NCBI GenBank assembly: GCA_031459535.1
Contig: JAVKIJ010000014.1
Coordinates: forward strand, 1-47,055
DNA from: Candidatus Fervidifonticultor quintus
GTDB taxonomy: Bacteria > Sysuimicrobiota > Sysuimicrobiia > Sysuimicrobiales > Humicultoraceae
Direction: 5' to 3'
DNA: 47,055 nucleotides
The notes below the pieces were generated by a model. It saw nothing but the letters and a program-made list of their open reading frames with translations, did not search any database and was not told the DNA's origin. Positions 19,213 to 27,295 of this stretch are shown here, piece by piece (position 1 is the first letter of the stretch; the number at the start of each line of letters is the position of its first letter). The position numbers and the translations under genes are program-made.

Positions 19213-19983
19213 ATGCCCGTGCGGGAGCTCATCCAGGCCTGGTACGGGTTCCTGAGCACCGGCTACGCCGCAGCGCAAGGGATCGTTGGCGGCCAGACCT
19301 CCGACCCGAACGGCACGCTGCTGACAGCGCTGCTGCTGGGCGTGCTCGGCGCCGCCAGCCCATGCCAGCTCAGCACGAACGCCTCGTCGATCGCGTACAT
19401 CGTGCGGGCAGCCGGTGACCGCCGCGCGCCAGTCGGGTGGTCGGCGGTGGCCTATGCCGTGGGGAAGATCCTGGTGTATTCCGGCATCGGCGTGCTGGCC
19501 GCCCTGATGGGCGAAGGACTGCGGGCGTTGGCCATCCCGACCGTTGCGATTACGCGCAAGGCGATCGGACCGCTGATGATCCTGGTCGGCCTCGCGATGC
19601 TGGAGATCTGGCGGCCGCGCTTCTCGGTCGGACATGGGCTGAGCGCGCGTCTGCTCTCGCGCGCAACATCACGTGGGGCGTCGGGCGCCTTCTTGCTGGG
19701 CGTGGCGTTCGCGTTTGCTTTCTGTCCGACGCTCGCCGTCCTCTTCTTCGGCTATGTGCTTCCCATGGCGGTTGCCAGCAGGACGGCGCCCCTCTACCCG
19801 GCCGCATTTGCGTTAGGCACAATGCTACCGCTCTTCGTCACCACCATCTTGCTCGCGGCGGGCCTGGACGGCACAGGAATCGCCCGGCGCCTTCCGTATT
19901 GGGAGCCACGAATCCGTCGCATCGCTGGGGTCGTCTTCCTGCTCGCCGGGCTCAACGATACGCTGCTGTACTGGTTCCTCTGA
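19213..19983 (+). CDS. DsbD_2/CcdA-like (TauE/SafE-annotated) membrane protein with two Cys motifs
   Basis: SPCQLSTN and FAFCPT in a protein of about 6 TM segments. Confidence 0.75.
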   Translation: MPVRELIQAWYGFLSTGYAAAQGIVGGQTSDPNGTLLTALLLGVLGAASPCQLSTNASSIAYIVRAAGDRRAPVGWSAVAYAVGKILVYSGIGVLAALMGEGLRALAIPTVAITRKAIGPLMILVGLAMLEIWRPRFSVGHGLSARLLSRATSRGASGAFLLGVAFAFAFCPTLAVLFFGYVLPMAVASRTAPLYPAAFALGTMLPLFVTTILLAAGLDGTGIARRLPYWEPRIRRIAGVVFLLAGLNDTLLYWFL

Positions 19984-20058
19984 AGAGCAAGACACGGCCT
20001 TACACGCGCTGCACGTTCGATCACGGCCACGACCCGGCAGCCTCATTGGGCGCACCCA

Positions 20059-20075
20059 TTAACCTTTCCTTAACC
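20059..20075 (+). promoter_or_regulatory. Tandem direct repeat TTAACC-N5-TTAACC (OmpR/PhoB-type box)
   Basis: 11-bp period, 21 nt upstream of the -10-like GAGAAT (20096-20101) before the cupredoxin gene. Confidence 0.55.
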
Positions 20076-20119
20076 ACCTTGGGACTGTCCCACTCGAGAA
20101 TGCTCTGGGAGGTCGCACG

Positions 20120-20608
20120 ATGCCCATACATATCTCCAAGACCGCGGAAGCGCGGCGCAGTGAGCTCCGCCGGAAGACGCTGCGACGAAGATTCGCCCTC
20201 GGCGCCTTTATGGTCGGAGCGTTGGTTGTGCTCGGCGTCTCGGCTTCGCTGGTCGTCAAACCCTTGCGCGCACACCACGAGCCGGCGCAGGCGCCGGCCG
20301 CAACGGGCAAGCAATACCGGATCGTGGTGACCATGGCCGGATGCGATCCCTCGGTGCTGCGCGTTAGAGCCGGTGAGCCGTTCACCGTGCATCTGTTGAA
20401 TCCCGACAGCCGGTTCCATACCGACGGTGGGGGATGGCACCAGTTTCACATCGAGACCCTGGGGATAGACGTTCGCATCCCACCCCAATCCGAACGCAGC
20501 CAGACCTTCGCAGGTCTTGCACCCGGCACGTACGAGTTCTACTGCGACGTCTGCTGCGGTGGCAAGGAGAACCCCACGATGCGCGGGGTGATCGAGGTCA
20601 CCGGGTGA
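20120..20608 (+). CDS. Membrane-anchored cupredoxin-domain protein
   Basis: N-terminal TM; WHQF, PGTYEFYCDVCCGGKENPTMRGVIEV; GGAGG RBS. Confidence 0.85.
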   Translation: MPIHISKTAEARRSELRRKTLRRRFALGAFMVGALVVLGVSASLVVKPLRAHHEPAQAPAATGKQYRIVVTMAGCDPSVLRVRAGEPFTVHLLNPDSRFHTDGGGWHQFHIETLGIDVRIPPQSERSQTFAGLAPGTYEFYCDVCCGGKENPTMRGVIEVTG

Positions 20609-21288
20609 GCGCGCTGACGCTGCCCGCGGTGCTGACCGGCGGCCTGATAGACGGCCTGAACCCTTGTGCGTTCAGCGTCTTACTGTCGTTCGTTGCCCTG
20701 ATCCTGACCAGTGTGGCGCTAACCAGCGATCCCCGGCCTCACCTCTGGCGGGCGGGCGCGACATACATCGCGGGAATGTTCCTCACGTACCTGCTGCTTG
20801 GGCTCGGGGTCATCGCCGCCGTGTCATTCTTCACCAACACCCACCTACCAATCCGCCTGATGGGATTCGCCGTCGTGGTCACGGGCCTGTGGGCGCCCAA
20901 GGATGTCGTCTTGCCCGGCGTGGGGGTTCCGCTGGCGATGCCCGGTCGCTGGCATGGCGCGGTGCCTCAGGCGCTCTCCCGAACCACTCTCGTCGGACTC
21001 TTTACTGCGGGGGCGCTGATAGGGCTGTGCGCGCTGCCCTGCAGCGGCGCGATCTACCTGGGCGTGCTGGCGCTGATCGCCAGGGAACCACTGCCCGCCC
21101 GGCTGGGCTATGTCATGCTCTACAACATCATGTTTGTCGCACCGCTGGTCGTGCTCCTGGCGACGGTGGCCAGCCGGCGGGTGCTCAATCGCGTTGCGCA
21201 CGCCTACCTGCAGCGCAAGGCACTGGCCAAAGCTGCGGTCGGCGCGGTCACGGTGCTGCTGGGTCTTGCTATCCTGATCACGGCCTGA
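20605..21288 (+). CDS. CcdA/DsbD-transmembrane-like thiol-exchange protein
   Basis: DGLNPCAF and LCALPCSGAIYL; GTGA overlap with the cupredoxin stop. Confidence 0.8.
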   Translation: MSALTLPAVLTGGLIDGLNPCAFSVLLSFVALILTSVALTSDPRPHLWRAGATYIAGMFLTYLLLGLGVIAAVSFFTNTHLPIRLMGFAVVVTGLWAPKDVVLPGVGVPLAMPGRWHGAVPQALSRTTLVGLFTAGALIGLCALPCSGAIYLGVLALIAREPLPARLGYVMLYNIMFVAPLVVLLATVASRRVLNRVAHAYLQRKALAKAAVGAVTVLLGLAILITA

Positions 21289-21322
21289 TCTCGCAAGGGC
21301 ACAGCATCGCGGGGAGGGACAT

Positions 21323-21512
21323 ATGACAAGGGATCCTGTCTGTGGGATGAACGTCGACGACAAGGGCGCTGCCGGTTCGTCAGTCTATCACGGCAAGACC
21401 TATCAGTTCTGCTCCACAGGATGCAAGGCTGCCTTCGACGCGAACCCCGACCGCTACGTGGTCCCGTCGGCACAGAAGGGCCATGGGACCAGCGGTCACG
21501 GATCGGGCCATC
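21323..21512 (+). CDS. YHS-domain metal-binding protein whose stop codon appears lost
   Basis: DPVCGM..YHGKTYQFCSTGCKAAFDANPDRY, then a GH-rich tail running into antisense ATPase sequence (frame open to 21931). Confidence 0.75.
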
Positions 21513-21514
21513 CG

Positions 21515-23226
21515 GGAGGTGGCGTTGACCGCAACAATCGGCGAGCTGCCAGCCATCGAGAGCGCGGCGATTTCCGGCCGCAGGATCAGCCCGAACGGCT
21601 CGTAGAGCAGCCCAGCGGCAATCGGGAAGGCGATCGGGTTATAACCGGCGGCCCAGAACAGGTTCTCCTTCATCTTCCGAACGGTGGCCTGGCTCAGCCG
21701 GATGGCTTTGACTACGTCATAAGGATCGCTGCACATGAGCACGACATCTGCTGTCTCCATGGCCACATCGGTCCCCGCGCCTGCAGTTCTTTCACCTTGT
21801 CGGCCTTCTGCCCGGGCAACACATCGGCGAAAACCGTGTCCATCCCCAGTTCGCCCGCGACGCGCTCCGCGGTCGCGCGGTTGTCGCCGGTGAGCATCGC
21901 CACCTGCACGCCGTGCTGGCGTAGACGCTAGACTACGACCTTCGAGGTCTCGCGCACTGCGTCGGCGATGGCGATCAGCACAGCCAGCCGGCCGCCGCGA
22001 CGTGCACCACAGTGCGGCCCGCGCCCTCCAGCGCGGCCGCCCGTTCGCCCAGCCCGTCAAGACTGATACCGCGGTCACGCATGATCTTGCGGTTGCCCAC
22101 CACCACCTCATGACCATCCACGCGCGCCCGGGCGCGGCCGGGGATCGCCTCGAAGTCCGCGGCGTCGGGAATCGTCACGCCACTCGACCGCAGATGCGCC
22201 ACGATGGCCCGCGCCAGCGGGTGCTCGCTGCCCTGCTCGACAGCACCGGCCAGGCCAAGGATCCCGGCACCGTCGGCGGTGACGACCTCCACCACCTGTG
22301 GCTCACCCTTCGTTAGCGTGCAGGTCCTGTCGAAGACCACAGCGTGGATCTTGCTCGCCTGCTCCAGCGCGGCGGCGTTCTTGAACAGGATCCCGTTCAT
22401 CGCCCCAAGGCCGGTCCCGACCATGACGGCAGTTGGGGTCGCCAGACCCAGCGCGTCAGGGCAGGCGATGACGACCACGGTGATTGCCATCGTCAGCGCG
22501 AACACCAGCGAGGCGCCGGTCACGTAGTACCACCCGATGAAGGTGGCCAGGCCGAAGATGACGGCGGCCGCCACCAGCCACTGGGCCGCGGCATCAGCCA
22601 GTCGTTGCGCGGGCGCCTTGGAGTTCTGCGCCATCTGCACCAGCTTGACGATCTGCGCCAGGGCGGTGTCCGCGCCGACCTTCGTCGCCTTGAACCGAAA
22701 TACGCCGGTCTTGTTGATGGTGGCGCCGGTCACCACATCACCGGGCCGCTTCTTCACCGGCAGGCTCTCGCCAGTGATCATGGACTCGTCGACGTCGCTT
22801 TCACCCTCGATCACCTCGCCGTCCACGGGGATCTTGTCGCCGGGACGTACCACTACCGTGTCACTCGTCAGCACGTCGGCCGTAGACACCTCGACCTCCC
22901 GGCCATCCCGAATGACGCGGGCCTTCGGTGGGGCGAGATCGAGCAACGCACGGATCGCCTGCGAGGCGCCGGCCCGCGCGCGCATCTCCATCCAGTGGCC
23001 GAACAGGATGAAGGTGGCCAGCACGGCCGCGGCTTCGTAGAAGACCTCGCTTTCAAAGAGGAATGTGGCGCCGACGCTGAACAGATAGCCAGCACCCACG
23101 CTGAGGGCCACCAGGACCGCTATGTTGACCGTGCGCTGGCGCAGGGCCTGGACCGCCCCGATCAGGAACGGCCAGGTGCTGTAGAAGACGACCGGCGTCG
23201 TCAGGAGGAAGAGCAGGAGACTGATG
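21515..23226 (-). pseudogene. Degraded copper-type P1B ATPase
   Basis: [19 protein letters not shown] in place of DKTGT, SEHPL, frameshift near 21995, TAG at 21930-21928, GDGVND block deleted, YN..P and MAGSS; N-terminus missing. Confidence 0.9.
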
Positions 23227-23297
23227 CAGGGCGGTGAAATCTCTGCCGAAACCCGCCGGGAGGGCGGGGCCCGCTTCACCGTCAGGCTGCCCTCATC

Positions 23298-23318
23298 TTA
23301 ACAAGGCTTTAACAAGGC
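23298..23318 (+). promoter_or_regulatory. Tandem direct repeat TTAACAAGGC twice (OmpR/PhoB-type box)
   Basis: Exact 10-bp repeats at 11-bp period, upstream of TACAAT (23334-23339). Confidence 0.65.
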
Positions 23319-23379
23319 CGGCGATCATCCGTGTACAATGCGACGGCAGAATTTCGAACACGCTCGCCGAAGGAGCAGC

Positions 23380-23790
23380 ATGCGCACCCAGTTCCTTGCG
23401 CGCACGGGCACCGTGCTCGTCGTCTCGGCCGTCATCGCAGGATGCGGCGTCCCCAGCGCCTCGACGCCTCGGCCACAGCCATCGCCGGAGCAGGATCGGG
23501 CCCTCCAAACCGTGACCGTCGTGATGCGGGAGTTCGAGTTCGAGCCGAAGCCGTTGAAGGCTAGAGCGGGCATGGTGCGGTTCGTGCTCATGAACCGCGG
23601 GAGCGTAGACCACGACTTCGCGATCCCGAATCTGGCGGAGCACGGCAACCACGAGCAGCACCTGGTGCCGCCGGGGAAGACACGGACCGTTGACCTGGAA
23701 CTGAAACCGGGAACCTACGAGGCGGTCTGCACCGTTCCAGGCCACCAGAACGCCGGGATGTGGGTGACGGTTGAGGTCGGTTCCCAGTGA
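23380..23790 (+). CDS. Type-1 (blue) copper cupredoxin lipoprotein
   Basis: Lipobox-like IAGC; HDF and CTVPGHQNAGM (H..C-x4-H-x4-M); AGGAG RBS. Confidence 0.88.
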   Translation: MRTQFLARTGTVLVVSAVIAGCGVPSASTPRPQPSPEQDRALQTVTVVMREFEFEPKPLKARAGMVRFVLMNRGSVDHDFAIPNLAEHGNHEQHLVPPGKTRTVDLELKPGTYEAVCTVPGHQNAGMWVTVEVGSQ

Positions 23791-23814
23791 AGCGGCGTGT
23801 CTCGAAGCTCTACA

Positions 23815-24435
23815 CTACCGCGCCCCCGTCACGAGCCGCAGGATCTCTACGATCTGCGGCCCATGACTGCCGAAGTCGATATCCACCCGCTGCACCCGAA
23901 TGATCCCCTCCCGATCCATGACCACGAAGCCGACCAGCCCCCGCATCGGCCGGCCCTCGCCTGGCAGCTCGTACATCCTGGCCACCGTGTAGCCCGGATC
24001 CAGCAGGATCGGGATGCTGAGCCGCGAGGCCTCGCGCACCTTGCGGTTGTTCTCCACCGTGTCGGGATTGATCACATAGACGTCGGCCAGGGCCCGAATC
24101 GCCGCCGCGTGCCGCTCCAGCTCGCCGAGCTGGACCACGCAACGCGGTCAGTAGTAGCCCATGTGCGAGATGAGGACCAGCGGCCGCCCGGTGCCGCCCG
24201 GCGTCACCTGGTAGATGCGCCCGTCGCCATCGCGGAGCGCGAACGCCGGGCCCTTCTTGCCCAGCAGGGTGTTGACGTCCACGGCAATCTCCGGACCGCC
24301 GATGGGACCGGGGATGGCGGCTTGCGGCGGACGAGCGGCTCCCGCCGCGTACCAGGCACCCGCTGCCGCCACTACGAGTGCTGAGAGAGGCACCCATCGC
24401 GTCCACCGTCGTCGCTGTCCCCTGGCCCTGCCCAT
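23815..24435 (-). CDS. Membrane-anchored AhpC/TSA-like thioredoxin-fold selenoprotein (UxxC), 206 aa
   Basis: ORFs 24148-24612 and 23815-24138 share one frame, joined by TGA 24150-24148: PAFALRDGDG..GRPLVLISHMGYY-U-PRCVVQLGEL..INPD..ILLDPG..VARMY..VMDREGII; GGAGG RBS before ATG 24435. Confidence 0.85.
24116..24134 (-). promoter_or_regulatory. Candidate bacterial SECIS hairpin
   Basis: UCCAGCUC-GGC-GAGCUGGA, a perfect 8-bp stem starting 13 nt after the UGA, with a G-starting apical loop. Confidence 0.65.
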
Positions 24436-24494
24436 TGTCGTCCTCCTGCGTCCTGCCTGCGACTTTCCCCGTGTGTTCGGTGCCGCGGTCCGGC

Positions 24495-26885
24495 TCACCT
24501 GGGTCGTTCGATCCGGATCGCGGCGTTGAAGTCGCCCACGCGGGCCGTCATGTAGTGCCGGGGTGCCACCATGAGCACTTTGTGGATCCGCCGCGTTGCC
24601 TCGCCGATCCATCCGGCGAACGCCGCGGCGCCGTCGGGCGCGTCCCAGAGCACCACGCGGCAGGGCTCCTCACCGCACGGCCCCCGGCGTCCGAGGCGCA
24701 CGGACCTGGCGCCTCGCAGGTACTGGAGGACGCCTTCGACAGCCACGGGGCGCGCGAGTTCGTCGTGCCGCCAGGGGGCCGCGCCCTCGCGGAGGTACCG
24801 GGACGGTCCAATAAAGACGACCTCGGCACCGCTCGAGGTCCGAACGTACATACGATCGGGAGGGAGCAGGTCAACGGATGCGATGAGCAGACCGCCGGCA
24901 CCGTCGGTGATCTGCTCAACCTCCCGCCACGCGCGCAGCGCGGCCATCGCCTCCCCCGCCCCTTCGAGAAGGCGAAGGGCGGCGGGGTCGGTCGCAACCT
25001 GCTGCGCGGGGACGAGACGCAGAGGAAACGACGTGACGAGATCGAGCTGACCTCGCCGCCGCAGGATGACCTCGATCTCCCACCATCCCGGTGGCAGGGT
25101 CACGCGGCGTGCGGTGTCCCGTCCGCCCCCCGCAGCGAGCAGCGTCAGCGTGGTGGGGGTCACGTCCTCGTCGAGCTTGATCAGGCGGGCCAGCACGCGG
25201 GATTCACCACTGGACGGCTCACCACCCGTGCGGGCGACCGTCACATCGACCTGGTTCGGTCCCGGCTGTGCTGGCGCCACCACCAGCTCGATCCGCGCCT
25301 CTCCGGCGCTCCCGAGGTAGCGCAGCGCGGACGGCGCGGGTCGGGTGGCGAGGACCACGCGTGCTGGCGGCGTCGCCGCCAGCAGCGCCGCGACGAACAA
25401 CACCACCGCAGCCACACCCACCTCGGCGCCGGCCAGCCGGAGGAACTGCGCGGCCCCCGCAGCGGCACCATCGTCTGACATCACCCCGCCGCGCACCGGA
25501 ACGGCCTGCAGGCGGCGCCGCACGACGAACCGGTTGACGGCGCCGAGCGCGACCAGCGGTACGACGAAGACGAGCTTCGCGGACAGGAAACGGCCGTACT
25601 GGGTGAGGGCCAGTGCCCGCAGGCCTGGCATGTGCAGCCAGATGCCGTAGAGGCCGGTGGTGACCACGACGCCGAGACAGATCGCGGCGAGGCGGGAGAA
25701 CCGCGGCAGGAGGACGGAGGCCAAGCGCTTCCGGTCGTCGCCGCGGCTGGCCAGCACGATCAGCACCAGGCACGCCAGGCCGCCCAGCCACGACGCGTTC
25801 GCCAAGAGGTGCGCCCAGTCCACCACCGCAGCCAGCGGACCGCTCCCCCACGCATGCGAGTTCACCGTGAGCCCAAAGAGCATGATGGCGGCGACGAGCG
25901 GAGGCACGATCGCCAGATCGGGCAGCCGCAGGTCCCGGATCTGAGGCAAGATGATCGCCGCCATCACGCTGGCCAGCCCGTACACTGCGCCTACCAGCAC
26001 CAGCAGAGCCAGATGCGTGCTACCAGCAAGCCCCGAGGGACCGCCCAACAGCGTGAAGACCCCGCCCACCAGTACGAGCCAAGCGAGCCCGGCGGCCTGC
26101 AGGATCCGTCCGGAGGCGGTACGGGGCAACAGCAGCAGGGCGGCCGCGACCGCCCGCACCAGCGCGCTCCAACCCGGTTTCGTCCCCCACACCATCTGGG
26201 CGAGCAGGCCGCTGGCGGCAACCTGCCCCAGCGTCGCGCCGGTGAGGCTCGCGGCGCCCACCACCACCTCGAGTGCGGCCGCACCGATCACCACCCCACA
26301 CCCCGCGGCGGTCACCACACGGATCGGGCGCGCGGCGCGCTCGTGCAGCGCGCCTGCCCCGACCGGCTCCACCTCTCGCAGCGCGGGCGCGAGGATGCGG
26401 GGCCCAAACAGCGAGGCGCCGGCCACGAGCAGCGCGGCGGCCAGCCCGACCCATCGAATGGCGGCCGCGGCGAGGTCCGGCCCCTGGGTCCCGCCAAACC
26501 CCTCCGGTGGCCGGGCTCCGAGTCCCACGGTGAACGCGAAGACTCCACTGGTCGCATGACCGTCAACCGAGGACAGCACACGCCACCGGACCGTGTAGAA
26601 CCCCTTGGGTATCTGCCGCAGCGGCGCGGTGACCCGCCGCCCGTCCTCGGACACCGCCGCGCGCTCTGAGACGAGGGCACCGGCGGGATCGGTCACGGTC
26701 ACGCTGCTGAACGCGGGATCCACCGGCTCGTTGAACCACAGCTCGATCTGGCCGGGGGGTGCGTCGAGCGCGGCGTTGGGCGCAGGAGAGGAGCGCTCGA
26801 CCACGCTGTGGCCGAACGCCGGCGCACAGGCAGCGATCCAGAGACCGAGGATCAGCGCGAGGGGGACCAGCGGTCGCCGCACCAC
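24495..26885 (-). CDS. CopC-CopD fusion with C-terminal Ig-like and LolA/LppX-like domains, copy 2
   Basis: HSVVERSSP..DGH; NSHAW, DWAHLLA..WLGG, YGRFL..K; PAQPGPN; PGWWEI; paralogous to 13973-16111. Confidence 0.82.
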   Translation of the reverse strand: MVRRPLVPLALILGLWIAACAPAFGHSVVERSSPAPNAALDAPPGQIELWFNEPVDPAFSSVTVTDPAGALVSERAAVSEDGRRVTAPLRQIPKGFYTVRWRVLSSVDGHATSGVFAFTVGLGARPPEGFGGTQGPDLAAAAIRWVGLAAALLVAGASLFGPRILAPALREVEPVGAGALHERAARPIRVVTAAGCGVVIGAAALEVVVGAASLTGATLGQVAASGLLAQMVWGTKPGWSALVRAVAAALLLLPRTASGRILQAAGLAWLVLVGGVFTLLGGPSGLAGSTHLALLVLVGAVYGLASVMAAIILPQIRDLRLPDLAIVPPLVAAIMLFGLTVNSHAWGSGPLAAVVDWAHLLANASWLGGLACLVLIVLASRGDDRKRLASVLLPRFSRLAAICLGVVVTTGLYGIWLHMPGLRALALTQYGRFLSAKLVFVVPLVALGAVNRFVVRRRLQAVPVRGGVMSDDGAAAGAAQFLRLAGAEVGVAAVVLFVAALLAATPPARVVLATRPAPSALRYLGSAGEARIELVVAPAQPGPNQVDVTVARTGGEPSSGESRVLARLIKLDEDVTPTTLTLLAAGGGRDTARRVTLPPGWWEIEVILRRRGQLDLVTSFPLRLVPAQQVATDPAALRLLEGAGEAMAALRAWREVEQITDGAGGLLIASVDLLPPDRMYVRTSSGAEVVFIGPSRYLREGAAPWRHDELARPVAVEGVLQYLRGARSVRLGRRGPCGEEPCRVVLWDAPDGAAAFAGWIGEATRRIHKVLMVAPRHYMTARVGDFNAAIRIERPR

Positions 26886-26889
26886 CGCC

Positions 26890-27282
26890 TCAGCGGCTCA
26901 CGACGAACCAGAACGTGCCGGCCGCCAGGTACCCGTCGTCGGCCGAGACCGCTCGCCACCGGACGGTGTACCTGCCGGGTCCGATGGGGCGCAACCGAGC
27001 CACCAGCGTCTTCCGGTCCAGATCGTCGAGGTCCACGCCCCCCTGACCATCGTCCACCCGGCGGCCGCGGCCATCGACGACCGTGATCGCGCTGAGCTTG
27101 GGCGCCAGTTCGTCGTTGAATGTCGCCCGTACCACTCGTGGCGGCACCTTGACCACGCTCCCGGGGGCGGGGGAAGCGCGCAGCAGCTTCGCGTGCGCGG
27201 CGGAGGTGCCAACCAGGGCGCCCACGATGAGGCTCACCGCCGCGGCGACCACGAGGCCACCGGTCAGGCGTTCCGTCATCAC
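26890..27282 (-). CDS. copC: CopC-family periplasmic copper-binding protein
   Basis: Signal peptide SAA-HAKLLRASP, G.YTVRWRAVSADDG; GGAGG RBS. Confidence 0.85.
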   Translation of the reverse strand: MMTERLTGGLVVAAAVSLIVGALVGTSAAHAKLLRASPAPGSVVKVPPRVVRATFNDELAPKLSAITVVDGRGRRVDDGQGGVDLDDLDRKTLVARLRPIGPGRYTVRWRAVSADDGYLAAGTFWFVVSR

Positions 27283-27295
27283 GCCCGTCCCTCCA

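Noticed and set aside
19171-19213. Strong GGAGG + ATG (19182) out of frame with the DsbD_2-like gene
   Set aside because: It could indicate a 5' frameshift, but in-frame ATG 19213 and GTG 19219 give an apparently complete protein.
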